From positions 1 through 64,000 of the forward strand of contig OZ237744.1 of the NCBI GenBank assembly GCA_965178125.1: a stretch of DNA of 64,000 bases, in the 5' to 3' direction. Both the position numbers and the translations under genes were made by a program. This document shows, in pieces, positions 12,080 through 26,300 of the stretch (position 1 is its first letter; every line of letters begins with the position of its first letter). The notes beneath the pieces were generated by a model. That model was not told the origin of the DNA. It did not search any database and was given only the letters and a program-made list of their open reading frames with translations. The stretch is from Bilabrum cf. latius. Its lineage: Eukaryota.

Positions 12080-13568
12080 ATGGTTGCAAAATCTTCGAAT
12101 CAACTTATTTCAAGATAGTTGGTGGCCGGTTAGCCTTATGATCCGCGGTGGCTATGCTTGCGAATGACTGCTGGAGCGCAGTCATGGCAGTCAGCAAGCA
12201 TTGCTTCGGTGGTAGTTGAGCGGCTGGTGAGCAATTAACCAATATAATCGTTTCACTGCGACAACTTATGCCTATCCGTAAACCTCAATAGTAACTAGAC
12301 AACCGCAGGTGAATTCATACGACTACGTGCTAGGCGTGGCCACATCCCGAACTCGATCGGCGGGCTTGCAAACAAGTGGCGTTGATTGCATCCGCGCACC
12401 AGTCCATTCATCACCTGATTCAGTGCTCGAACACATCCATCGATTACTATCTGACAAGTGCGGATCGTCGTGCCGCTGCTGCGTGTACTTTGCCGAGTTC
12501 GAGTTGTTTGTCAGGAATTGGGGATCATCGACGTGTACGGCGATACTAAAACGCATTTCGGAGACGAAAAGCAGCTCTGTACAGTGTATTTGCGTGGAGC
12601 TAGATGTGAATAGGGTCTCAACGACCATGCTAAGAGTGATGGAGTCAAACGGGGCTGTTGTGCTCAACACTTCTTGCCACTACTCGGAGCTCGGCGCAGG
12701 TCAGGTTGGACCGCGATTGAGCGAGGCGCATTCTGCTGGAAGCACTTCGAAAGACGTATTTCGTCCGTCGCTGGCTGATTTAGGGACAGCATCCGAGGTA
12801 CTGAAACTGGAGAGGGAATCAGCTGGCGAGCTCTTGGCACCGGCACCTAGAAGCGAGGTGTCGAGCTATGCTGCAATGCTAACATCCGCCGTATCAGACA
12901 AACAAGTTGGCAAGCAGTATTCCTCCCAACACATGATCTCATCTGTTGCACGGTGGGGATAGCCACTGTCGAGCCGAGATGGACTGCAACCCTGTGCACA
13001 CGAGTACCTCATAATTAGGCGAATGGTGGCCTCATAGATGCAAGCGCGTGATTCGAAGGCGGCTTTGAGCTGGCCACCTCGTGCAGGAGGCGTGCATCGG
13101 CTGATTGCCATGGACAAAGCTTGGTGTGCCGCTGCTGGGTCTCGCTCAAAGCTGGCGGCAGCGAAGCGCCGCGATGGCGTGGCTGCAGACCTCACGGGTG
13201 ATCATTTAGTTAGCTCACAGACCGGAACGTAGAATACTGTCGGAATCGAAGACGTGGCCGTGACGAAAGGTCTTGACTCAGTCGAAACAGCTGAATTGCG
13301 CGCCAAGGACGAGCACTAGAGGACTGCCAGATCTGCTGTGGTGCTTCCGCACGAACGCCAGCGACACCTCGCTGAGCGCGTCTCGCACAACCACCCCCAA
13401 ACCAAGACGATGGAAGCAGAAACCCTTTCACTAGGGCGACACATTACGCCGGTAGGGTCCGGTGCGCTGATTTACTTGGAGGATGGGGATGGCGGGGGTG
13501 CCGCAGAGGCTGGGGGTAGCAGTAGCGAATCGGATGAGTCCGACGATGAAGACTTGGATGGCTACTGA
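12080..13568 (+). CDS. ELP5: Elongator complex protein 5-like; intron 12227-12308
   Basis: The C-terminal EH(TAG)RTARSAVVLPHE...GALIYLEDGD...SDDEDLDGY resembles the ELP5/Iki1 tail. Pieces 12309, 13038 and 13338 share one frame. Ends in TGA. Confidence 0.7.
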
Positions 13569-14311
13569 TTCCAGACGGCAGCGCAGTGCGGATTTGGTAT
13601 TGATCTGGATTCCCAACGTCAGAGTGGGAGCGCTGGAATTTCTCGATGGGCTCCGTCGTCGGTGATTGGTGCAGGCTATTCTAGTCTTCTTCTCGAATGT
13701 GGCAATGCATTGCTTGTGATGATGCGCATACGCTCTTTTTGTTGAGAGGAGGGGCAGAGATAGAGTATCTCCGTTGCATCCGGTCCCACATCGGATTGCA
13801 AGATGGTTGCAAGATGGCTCTTTCATGGATTGTGGGCCACGTATGGATCTTGGCACATCATCCAGAGAGCCAACGTCACCGACGCCGGCTACCGGCAGAC
13901 GAGCCTTAGAGGCCTCTTGGAAAGTCTAGACGCTAAAGTGTAATCCTCTAGGCCAGGATGTGCAGTGGCGGACTTGCCATGTTGAACTCCGGAGTATCCG
14001 GAATCCGGAATCAGGAAGCTTGGGTCCGGGTCTGCTGATACTTGATGCTTTTGGATTCTCATGCCGAAATTAACACGAAAATGAACCTAATTCAACTTTA
14101 CATACAGTAATGATCATCATACTACTTAAAGGGCTCATGGATGGGTTCCACTACAAGGCCATCACCACTCTGCTGCACTGTGCAGCCGGAGAGAACCATC
14201 CACACCCGATGCGTGGCAAGCACAGTCATCATCGCACCAGATCCACTGTGACTTCGACGCAAAGAATCGCTGAGGCGGCACGGAACGGCCAAGGATATCC
14301 GCCGACACACA

Positions 14312-17300
14312 TTAGACCTCCGAGATCAAGTACAGGGCAACCCCGGCCAGCACATACTTGGCACGCACCACTGCAGCGCTTTTCGCCTTAACACCCCCGG
14401 TTGATGTGGGCAAATCAACTTCACACCAGATACGCTCCCGCGACCCACTGACGTACACAGGAACTCGAACAGCAGCAGGTGGTACCTGGATTGATGATCG
14501 ATCAGCAAATCCAACCACGAACGCCGGGACAAGAGACAAAGCAGGATCTTGGCCGCTTTGCAAGGTTGCGTTGCAAGCTGCCGAACCAGAAGGCTACAAC
14601 ATATTGACTCCTGCAGCCCGCACACCTTCAATCAAAATGGGACAAGCGATACCCTAGCGCTGAGCCTGTGCCGCGGGGTCGGATGCAAAGACTGAGGCAA
14701 GCTCTAAAGTTGCTATATCACCACCGGTAGCTCTTGCAGTATGTTGGCGAAGCGAGTCTAGGAGGGTAGCAGGGCGCAACAGTTCACGAATACGCACAGC
14801 GAAGTCCCCAGAGAACAGCTTCGCGGCCAGTCCGCCGTCAAGCGCCTGGCGCCATCGTCCAAGCAAAGCGACTCGACGAACTGACAATTCTCGAATATAC
14901 CCGAGCACCGCCCCCCCTGCAGCACGCTCCAACGACATGCCATGGTCCTCTGGATCCCAGAGCTGACTCCACTGGCGAGGGACTCGACCACGAAGGATAA
15001 CGCGTGCCAGCAAACGACCCGATGCAGCCTACTCTCCAGAGGACGCACTTCCCACCGACTGCGTTGACCGCAGGAAAGCGTTGATATCACCGATGTCGTT
15101 TTGCACGCGTCGTACCAACTGGATGCACGTGTTGATTTCTCCAGCAATGAAGGTAGAGAGAGGGTCTGATCCCGATCGCGCCGGAACCGGAGAATCATCA
15201 AGGCGCACACGTACCCCATTCCACTCCACCACGCAAGCTTGAAGCAGGTCAAGATCTTCTTGCCTTAGCTCAGCACCATCCATCGGCTTTGATGCGCCCA
15301 AGAATTCTCGAAGATCTGCCTTCAAGTCATCCACCTGCCCTTGCACCTGCGCCGCTCCCACGTTGTCCGGCAGCCTCAACATCGAAGGTGGGGAATCAAA
15401 CGGAATTGAGAGGAAAATCTCACGGGCCCTTTCGAACGATGCGGTCTCCAGCATTGGAACACCGCGGCACAAAGCCTTCCCACCTCGCAAAAGGCCCGGG
15501 CCAAAACTAGCTTTGATAAATGTGAGCAGTACCTTTTGGTCATACACGTTATCTAGGCGCCCCCCATATGCAACTAGTGATAGAAGCCCGTGCAACTCCT
15601 GCCAAGGAACCCGCTCAACATCTCCACGACAAGCTCGGAGGGCCCTCTTAATGATGTCCTGGCCAGCTCGAAGGTCTGCGATACTAAATTCATACGGTTT
15701 CGTCCAGCCTTGTGGCACGTACTGTTTTCTCTCCTCCACGATTGAATGGATCCAAGCGAGTACAAACATGAGCTGCGCGGACAGCTTGTCGGCACCGTCG
15801 AACTCGGCAGGACCCAAGGTGCTGAGCACTCTTTGCACGCCGTTGGATAGCCCGGGGGATGGCTCGAACGAGACTTTCAGCGATTGCTGCAGAAGTAGCT
15901 TGGGAAGACCAGGGTGCGACTCTGTACTTAGCCATAACCGGAACCTTAAGTGCACATCTCCATCAGAGGCAGCATCCTACCCACTTCCACTTGTAGGCTG
16001 GCTTCGTTTAGAAGTAGATGCCCGCACCATCACATCACGCTCCAGATCTGGCAGCCAATGCGGCACTAAGTGGACGTTCTTCAAGCAGACCCAGTGGCCC
16101 TTTGCTGCAGCAGACTGGATGATTGAGAGCACGTCGTCCTAGGCATCGCCCCCCATCGCGACTTCAACAAACTGGAAGTCGCCTGATGATTCTGCGTATG
16201 CCGCATGTGCATGTTTGCGCAGCTCAGAGGTCGGATCTGCCCCTGAGGAAGTGACCAAGACGATGGGAACCCTTGGATTCGCGTCATTCGCCAGCGTACC
16301 GAAATCACTCAGTGCTACTAACTAGGATCGTTCGGGCCCAGCAATGACTCGCGACAAATACGTTTCCACACTCTAAAGGAGCTTATCAGGTCGCAAAACA
16401 CAAGATACAGCGACTATCTCGAAGGGCTAGAGGTCGCGCGCTGAGCCGGGCATTCCGACTGGGCCATCGAATGGTTTCACTGAGTCACACCAATCCTACC
16501 AATCTGAGGTAGAGAACACTCTGTTCGACTTTGGGCCAAGCGCATTGCACAGAGCCGACCATACAGGCTTGGCAGCATCTGGGACCCACGCTGGAGTCTC
16601 AGCAGGGGAACTCCCACTGCTGGTGGCCATGCCACAAAAAATTCGCCAGAGTGGATCGGGTATTGTAGCCGGGAAGGCAGCTCGAGCAAGAATCAAGGAT
16701 GACATCACTCTATGCTTCGATTTAACCGCCCTGCCAATCTCAGCAATAGTATTTCTGGCCAGCGCAGACAGAAGCTGTTGCAGTCTGCCCGCAGCATCGC
16801 TCCTAGAGGATCCGGTAGATCGAATAGTGCGACTGAAGACGCCCGAAAACCAAGACAAGGAGAACTGGTACGTCGGGTCAAGCGAAGCGAGGGCCTGTAC
16901 AGCGAAATAGAGACGACTTCCAGCTTGTGCGAGGGGGTGGTACTCCATTCTTTGAGCATCCAGCTCATGCTCGGCCTACTTTCCGTCCTACAGTGCAATT
17001 TCGATCGCGCTGGCTTGCTGCTTGGTCTTGGTCAATGAAGCTACCAGTGGATCATTTTCTAGAATATCGTCGCCTGCGGACGCCAAAGTTGTGATCAGTG
17101 TTTGCTCCATCTCTGCAAGTTGGCCGTTTAATCGCTCTTTTGTCTCAAGAAGCTCGGTCTTCTTCGCCTCAAGCTCTGGTACTTCCATGCGAACTGCAGA
17201 GCTCAGAAGCTGACCAGAGAGCCCTGTAGCCGTCACAGTGAAGTCTACGCGTTGCACCATTGATGCTTGCAAGGGGCTGAGCGAGACAGTAGAGTCCCTG

Positions 17301-20300
17301 CAAAACAGCAACATTTTGAAGTCCGGGGACACTTCAACGACTTTCTCGGCGACAGGAACAGCCCTACGGCCAGAAGCAAGCACACGCTCATTGCGCAGGT
17401 ACGCATGAAACAATGCAGGGACATCGCTACAATTCTATACGAGCAGTGTCTTGCCAAACTTAAGAGCCAGCTCAAACTAAAGCTGAAGCCGCTAGTCCGT
17501 GACCCCAACAGTCTCCACGCTATTGGATTCGACTGATAGAATTGACGAGGTGGGGTCGTCACTGATTGGCTTCACAAGCTAACTAGACATCCAAGCTAAC
17601 GCAGCACCGTCTGGATCTACCACAAATGGCGAAAGGTGCGAAGATGCGAGCGACAGCATGAACAAGCCATTGTCAAGACTAAGGCTATCAGCGGGGAGCC
17701 CATTTCGCCTCCATGCTGCGACCTAGGTCTCTGAAGACAGCATATCTTGCAAAGACACGGCACACTGCCCTCCTGACTCGCCTGCACCAGACTCTGGTGA
17801 CGTGCCTTCGTATAGTCCCTAGTCGACCATGCTTACAACCCATGCAGACAACAAAGACGCACGCACGTCTTCAGACACTCCTCCAAGAATAACGCAAGAT
17901 AGACCTGCAAGCATTGCTGCAGCTGGCAGCTAGGTGAGCCTAGACCCGAAAGCGTCCATGCGGGACTTCCATCGGGTAGATTCACCGCCGAGCTTCTCCA
18001 GCAACGTAGAAGCTCGAGCAAGGGTTGCCTCAGCTTGCTCTAGCTGTATTCGCAACGTCTCAGCTTGCGCAGTGAGACCCTTGTAGTCATTCTGCAAGCG
18101 CTTGACTCGCTCATCAAGCTTCAGCAGCTCTTTCTCATTGTTTGCCAGCGCTTCCTCTGCTTTGAGAACGTCTTGCTTTGCGGCATCATGTTCGCGCTCC
18201 AATGGCTCCACAGTGCGAAGAACACGGCTGAAATCTAACGTGGCTTGTACCCAGGCCGCTAAGGGCCCAACTGCCGCGCTGGCAGAGTACGCGCGGTCCG
18301 GCTAGAAACTAGAAGCCTTCTTTCGAAGGACGTCTCGAACCTTGGCTTGGACATCCGGCGTGACCCTTCGCGGATCGTAGTTCAAGATTTCATCAACTAC
18401 TCCACGCTTTCGCAAGAATCGCCTCATACTATGCCACGACGTATCACCGACTCCTAGAAGCTTTAGTACTGCCTCCAAAATATCACAAACTGTTGTTGGT
18501 GGCGATGCCAAAGAGCTCACAAACTGCAGATCCTTCGCGTTCACCTTGCCAACAGCCTCCTGCGCCTACTCAAGTTTTGGCCTGATTTCCGCAAGTTCTC
18601 CATTAATTTGGTCTTCTCTTTCCTTTGCTGCTGCCTTGGCCGCGCTGCTTTTCTGCCGGAGCCCCTCAACTTCCTACTTCCTGGAAGCAGCGACTTGAAG
18701 TGCACTCGTGATCTCATCCATGGCCCTGTCTGCGTCGTGCTGCTTGGCTTCAAGCTTGCTCCTGCTGTCTTCTACTTTAGATGTGAGCTAGTCGACGACG
18801 GCCTCGGCTTCGGAAAGCTTGTGCAGGCCTTTCCCAAGATGCGAAGCTTCAGACGTAAGCTGCCTCACCATGCAGAAGTATAGTTTTCTGGTCGCCATCA
18901 AAGCTTGATGCAAGCGACGGGCGGAGTAGAGAGAACTTGGTACGTCTGGCCTTGATCGCAATTCCTTGAAAATGCGCAGCAAACTCTTTCGAAGACTCTT
19001 GCTTCCGTCTGACGACATGGGCGGCACCGCTTGGCCAACTTGTGGTTCTGTAGATCCACTAGGGGCTACATACCCAAGAGATGCTTCCATTTCGTTCGGA
19101 GAAGCTGAGCCACCGATCGGCGCTGGTAATACGAGGCGTGGGAGCAGCGCGATCGACGTTGGCTGCCACGATGAAGACCAAACCACCTGAGCCTTTGAAG
19201 TAAATGCTGGGTTAGACCTCACAGACGGTACGAAAGCTGTTGACTGAGGCTGCATGCAGACGAATATGTGCAAATTTGCAGACAGCCTTGCTTTGAAAGC
19301 CTCCAAGAGCTCATCAAAGCTGGACGGGACGTCCTAACCACCATCACCAGCATCTTCCAGGTGCTCTTGCAGGGCTTTAAGCTATGACGCAAGTTCATCC
19401 CCCGAAAATAACTGTGTAGCTTCATCCGGAGACGACACAAGAGAGTTTGCGAGCTCGAGCGTTTCGCAAACCCCGCTCGACTTGGTATCAAAACCAGGGC
19501 TTTCCGCAACCAGTGCACTCTCATCTACATAAAGAACAGAACAGTCACCGACGACAGCCGCATTTAGGATTGCATCCACAAACACCGATTTGAGCTGCTT
19601 TCGAGAAAATCGTTGAGCTCGATGTGGCTCGTACCACTTTCCGCCGCGAGCAAAAGTAAGCAACCGAAGAGTCTCCTTGCGACCAACTCCGGGCGTGCCT
19701 ACGACTAGCGCGTGACCGCTAGGGGCGCAGCTGGCAAGAACGAAATCAAGTGAAACGGCAAGCTTGACAACTTCTCGAACAATCTGCAGATCAACTTCGA
19801 CGTCGTCCCTGGCTTGTAGCCTCACAAGCCTACGCAGAGCCTTTGCAACGCCTTTGTCATCTACTGGAGCTCTCTGCGACCCTGTCTGCGTTAACCAATC
19901 TGGCTGACCACCCTCTCTCAGCGTCGCGCTTGCCTGAATCATGGTGCCACCATCGCCCTCGTCATCACTGGCCTGGGCAAGAACCTGAAGAGGGAGAGAT
20001 ACGAAGTTCTGTTCCACGGTATCTTCTGATTGCGATGCAAGCGAAAGAATCACATCACGCAGCTGCGAGACAAGCGACTGAGTATCTTCATTTGCTGTGA
20101 AGCGATCCAAAAAGATCTTGCAAGCCTCGAATGCAAGACAGTTGCACCAGCTATTGGCAGCATTCGACGCGGATGCCCCTGCAACTCGCTGTATGTGGCG
20201 CACGTACTATAACGCTGAGAAGATCCATTGGTGCAGCGATCGAGGAGACAATGTCGCAACACTGCCAGCAGGAGCAGATCCCGTGGCCGTCGTTGTTGAC

Positions 20301-23300
20301 TCTGAGTGCAACTGCACGCGGCTCCACAAGTCTACTGCAGCGGGGACAAACTCATCTGCCGATACCCACCTACTCACTCTGATTGGCTCGGGCAGCAACT
20401 GATTGCAGCAATCATAGTAGCACCGAACCACTCCGTTGAGCTCCTCACGGTCTGGCTGATTTACATGGCATATTCGCATTGCACCAGCAAGACGTTGACT
20501 CAAGTCGTGACGACCCCCGGCCGATCCTACTGACGACGGCACCAGCGTTCCAACAAAGACAACCTTCGATAGGTCGACCTGAATGAACTCGCCATCACCA
20601 TCATAAAATCCACCTATCGAGCAGATCTGCTGCACGAAAGAAATGAAAAGTGCAGTGCCCCATTTGTCTGGCTTCGACACGTTCAAGTCTTTTAGCAGAA
20701 TAAGCAGGTTTTCAGAATTCCGTGGACGTAGAACAGAACCGTCACTGGTTGGAACCACTGAGCATACACGGCGCAGCAGACCCTCCAGATCTCGCGGCCC
20801 ACTACCAGCAGTGCAGTTGAATTGCGCAACTGAAGTGGAGTGCAGATTGAGCGCCAAGTCGCGAACCATGGCCCCTTTACCGCATCCAGGTGGACCAGTC
20901 AGCAGGATCGGTCGCTGGCTTCCTGCTCGGCGATTGGATGCGTTCGTCGAGGCGCTAGCTCCAAACCCATCGTTCCGCAACCAACTCGAAATGGTATCTT
21001 TCCAGACCTAACCGCTTGGAGTCGGAAGGAACTACTCGCCGCGACGTACTTTTGACCATAGCTCTTCGCTACCATCCGGTAACTCGCTGTCTAGTGATCC
21101 AGGCTGGTGCAAGGACAGCCCAGAGGGATCAAACAGCGAGCATCGACAATCAAATGAAACCGGGAGGTCAGCGACTCGAACAATTTCTGCAGCAAGTCTC
21201 CGAGCGACACCATAGCGGAGCGAGCCGCACAGACCCCTTATGCAACCGAGAGCAAAAATTGCCGGGCACACTGAGGCCTTGCTGTTCTGAAGCAATAAGC
21301 CTCTGATCTACGCCAGAGCAGACTCCACTGCACCTACTAAGGTTGTCTACACGTCCATATCATCCGGAGAAAGTCGCCTGAAGAGCTCGATTGCAGGCAG
21401 CAACACATGCGACTCGCAGTCACTCACGGTCTCCTATGCAAAGCCATCCTGAACAACAGACTATTTCCAAGAAGCTACAATCCTCGAGATATCCATATCC
21501 TCGTCGGAAAGGAAAATGATCCCCATCCGCGAGATGGTCGCTGGGGAGGCATGCTGCAAGTCGTGAGTCTCGAAAATGAAGTTGACGTGGTCGCCAAAGC
21601 TAATGCGCTCTCCTGAAGGCAGCGTCAGCAGTCGATTGTCATCGAGAACAGAATTGAGGCTCTCGATCCATTCAGGATCAACATCTCCATCGAGAACAAC
21701 CCAAGCCTTTCGCATAGCAGAAGCACTATCATCAGCCTTTGCAGCAGCACGAGCTGCCTTTGTAAGCACTCCATCGCGGAACTCGCGGGTGTCGTGATCC
21801 ATGCGACCCAGTAACTCTGCCCGAGACATAGCTTTCGGGTTGATAGCATGCAATTCAACGCTGTATCCGAGGAACTCCATGGCTCGTCTAAGAATCCGCC
21901 ACAAAGAGGACTTGCCGCTACCTGCCGGCCCAACGACAACGCATCCGATACGCTGGCCTAACGACTCGTAAAGCTACAGGACCTTCTTAGCCTAGCTCTC
22001 ATCCCACACCATACCCGCAAGGTCTGGAGGAGCCGCCTGTGGCTAATCGTCTCCGGCGCCTGATGCAGCACCGAGTGCCTATCCACCCAGAACCTATTGC
22101 ACCGCACGCAACACGTCTTCAAGCTGCAGGTCCGATGAGGGTATTCCCGGAAACACGTCTGCCAAGATACCGAGAAAAATGCTGGCATCTGAAGCGCTAA
22201 GCTTTGATAGGATATTGATACGAATAGCCTGAATGAGCAGCTCGGCCTACTTTTGGTCGTCGCAATGGTCGTCTTGGGTAGCCAACAAGCGTCCAGATGT
22301 ATTCAGGCATGTCCTCATAGCCCGCAAGCCCCAATCATAGTGCGACTACCGTGACAGAAGCTCTCTGCTGAGCGTGAAGAGAGATACAAGTCTTTTTGAC
22401 AGATCCTTCGCGACAGAAAAGCCCTCAGCGAAGAGCAGTACCTCAGCTATAAGCTCGAGATCTGGTCGAGTCATGGCAACAGGGCGGAAAAGTTGTTTCA
22501 AGTTGTCAGGAAGCTTGGAACGACCCCCGTACCCTTTGCCAGCCGGATTGAGTGTAACAAATATCCCAGAGTCGGCGTCAACTGCCAGTCGCCTGCCGAG
22601 AAGCTCAATTGCAGCTTGTCCGCGCTTGATGGCAGTCTAAATCGTTTGGATTTGCTGAGAAATTGCGGACAGCTAATCAGGCAGCAGCCTGTTGAACTCA
22701 TCGAAACAGCCCCAAGCCCCAGACTGCACCAAGCCGGTGAAGATTCGGCCCATGCTGCGGAAGTCAATGCCTTCGTCGCAATTGAACACAAGCACCTATC
22801 TACCCAGTTGCCCTCCAAGTGCTTTCACACTTTCAGTCTTTCCAGTTCCCGCTGGCCCGTACGGGTTTCCACCATAGCCGAGTGCAAGCGCTTGGGTCAG
22901 AGTCATGTAGCAGCGATCAGTGAGTGGGGTGTGGACAAGTCGGGCTGAATTCCCTTGGTACTCGTAGGTGTAGGCAGCCGTTGCAGTTGCCATACGTGCT
23001 TGGACAAGGGCAGCAGCATCTACTCCAGACAAGACGGAGTGATTCCGAAGGCCCTCAGTCGCAAGGAGCGCAAGCGACTCGCGTCTTCCAGCAAATGTGC
23101 TTCGATCAGATGAGACACTCTCAAATCGCAGTTGCTTCTGCCACAACCAATCTGATGCGGACGAGCAACGTCCTTTGATGAGCACGTCACACACATCGGC
23201 TGCGTGGATGGTATCAAGCAAGACGCCCTTGAGCTTGAGGAGCTGCACATGGTTGGCACCACGTCGTAGGACAGTCAACGCCTTGAGTTCAGCAGCCAAC

Positions 23301-26300
23301 GACATCTGCAAGTTCTGCAGCTGCGCAGCTGGATCGCCGCTGTTCAGCGCCTATTCAACTCGCAAGCAAAACAGAATCTGGTCCGACACCGACAACGCCT
23401 ACCCGGAGAAAGAATCGAGTTGAGCCGCATCTACTGGACTTTGGTCAATGCCGCTGGTACCAAGGCGTGATTGGCGTTTCGCAAGAGCTGCGTTGATGTC
23501 TTCTGCCACTGCAGCAGCTGATGACTTGGCGAGGTCACCTAGCCACACCTCAATCTAGGTTTCCATCGCAACTGGCTTAGTTAGGACCACTGTCTCACTT
23601 GACGAGGCTTTCACGGCGGTAATGCGTCGGTCAGGACCGACCTCTATCCTGTGAATCCCTTGAAACAGCTTCTTCAAATGCGCATGGACAACATCAATCC
23701 GCTTCGACTACCCAAGCAGCTCAAGAAGGTCTTCGTCGCCAATGAAATAAAATCGAGGCATGGCTTGACGCTTCGTCTCTAGGAAGTCTGACAGAGCCTT
23801 CTAACATCGCTCGAGTGCTGCGACGCTTCCACGCAACTCCTTCATGTGCTTGGTATGCTCTCCAAATTCCAGCACTGCAAGGAGCCTCTACTTCTTGTTC
23901 AGAGTTAGCATCGCAGGCTGGAAAGAGCCATCAACCTTCCTGAAGCGAGGCAGCTCGCTTGGAAGCGATCCGGCCCCAAACACAGGTTGCAGGTAGACCC
24001 ATTTGCGCTGTAGCAACTGCAACTGCTGCAGGCGCTCCAAAAGCTGCGATAACCTGGCTTCGTGAGACAGTGCAGCGTCAGAAAAATTTCCAAAAAATGG
24101 TGAATCCTTCAGTGATGCCACCACCGATTGCTAGTCACCAAGGTCGGCGAAGATTTCTTGCCACGATTTGACAACAGGAACCTTGGTACCATCCGCCGGA
24201 GACTCGTAATCAGTAAACTGGAGCCTGGCAGATTCAAGCCATGCCTTGGATTCGTTCAGAGTTTCTCGAATCGTGATCTCACCCTGAGCTTGTGCAACGA
24301 TGCTCTTGAGCTCTTTCATGCGTTCGGAATCTATCAGTGAGCGCAGTACCGGACCACGCACCAAGTCTTCGGCTTGAAGAGACTCGATTCTAGTACTGGT
24401 TGGTAGTCCAGCGCACGCGAAAGCTCTGGCCCAGTGCTGCGTTTGGAACGCCTCCCCTTTCATGAGTTTCAGGCCAGGCATTGCTGACTGTACCCAATCG
24501 CATTCCAATGTTGCTCTGCGAATAGGCTCTGATGTGGATGACTTGCCGCGGGATTGAGCAAGCCTTTCATCCCTGCTCCACTTGTCGGCGAGGTCCCCGA
24601 GCTCGAACAATTTTGGTCTAAACGACAACCAGTCCATCGACGTTAACTCCCGAAGACCTGCTCGCCACTCCTCTAGAGTTTTCCAATCTGCAAAGTACTG
24701 CACAATGTTGCTCTGCAGTGAGGCAGCCACGGACTGGCCTTCAAATGGAATGTCGAATGCTTGGCACGACTGTTGTAATTCTTCTGCCTTGTCCACTTGC
24801 CGTTGCGTCTTCTCCAGCCAAGACTTCATCTGCTACAGCACAGAGCCATAACGCTCACCGTACCAAACACCTTCGTCTGCACACAGAGAGGGGTCAGCCA
24901 AAGCTTCAGACCCAGGCCGGACTGCCTACCATCTGCTCTGCAAACTCTCACACTACTGCCCGAAGCCGTCAGCTTCCTCTCGAAGACGACCGGCAATCTC
25001 CTCCCTCTGCTCACCAATCAGGCCTTCGAACGCCACAATTCGTTGATCAAGCGCCCTCCAGTCCTGCTTGCAAGACTTGATGCGACCCTTTAATTTATCT
25101 AGACCGCCTTTCCGCGGACCAGCTGCAGCGCCGGAAGCCGACATGAGGGAACCGACGACCTTCCTGCTATCATCAACTGACTTGAGCGAAGACAAGATAT
25201 GGGGTGCTGACGATTGGACAGATTCGCGATCCACCTACGCTTGCTTAAGCTCTGCAAGCGATGATGGCCTTTTGGAAAGACCAGCGATTGAGTCCGCCAA
25301 AAACTGTTCAACGGCCGACAACTTGTCACCAAGGTGCGCAAGCATCATGTCAACCATCTACTCGGCAAACAAGTTGATGGCATCCTCCAGGTCATTGCGC
25401 AAGGGTCCCAGACTCATGCGAACGCAGTGGACCCGTTCCAAGTCTGGTACTGAACTGGCATCACGCTTGAGCTGCTTGACGTGTGTGAGCGCTTGGCTCC
25501 ACATCTGGATTGGAATGGCCGCGATCTGCTCGCTGCCTCGCTTGCCTGAATTCGGCTCATCCTGCGCATTGCGCAGACCAAGGAGATTGCGAACGGCAGG
25601 GGCAGCGCTGGGTTGCGTGAAAAAAACTGCGTATTGCTCCCATTCGCCACGAAGTGCGTCAAGTCGCCGGGCAAGTCTTGCGAACAAAAACTCGGCTTTC
25701 CTGTACACCTGGACCAGTGATGCGTTATTGAGGCTAGCCATACGCGCAAACATGTCACTGGAAGCACCATGAAGGGGTGCAAGTTCGCTGGGCAGCACGA
25801 CAAATCTCTTCAGAGCCCGGTAATACTACGCACGAAGCTCTTCGAATGGCGGCACGGTGACCAGCGTTCCGCTCTTTCGAGAAATTGCAACTTCGCATCG
25901 AATGTCGGGCAAACTTTCGTTCAGGGATTCTAATCCAAGCCGAAAAGGAGCTTCAAGAGCCTTGAAGATCTGCATATCCCAGTGCTACAGCCATGCAGCT
26001 GCGGCTGGTACCGTGCGCCCAATCGAGGACACAATGCTAGCCGAAGGTAGAAGCCCCACATCAACTAGGGTCCTTGCGATCGTAGTGCGCACCTTGGTGT
26101 GCAGGTCCAGGAATCCATCACGTCCATTGGTCAGGTCACAAGAAAACATCTTGCATACTGTGCGCGCAATCTCCATGTGCCCAGTCCGGATAATGCGATT
26201 GGCAGTTGCGACGCGCTCAGCACAACCTTGCAGGTCATCTACACGGCCCCAGAGCTGCTGGCTATCCCGACCATGGCCTCCATGCAACTCGCTTGCTTTG

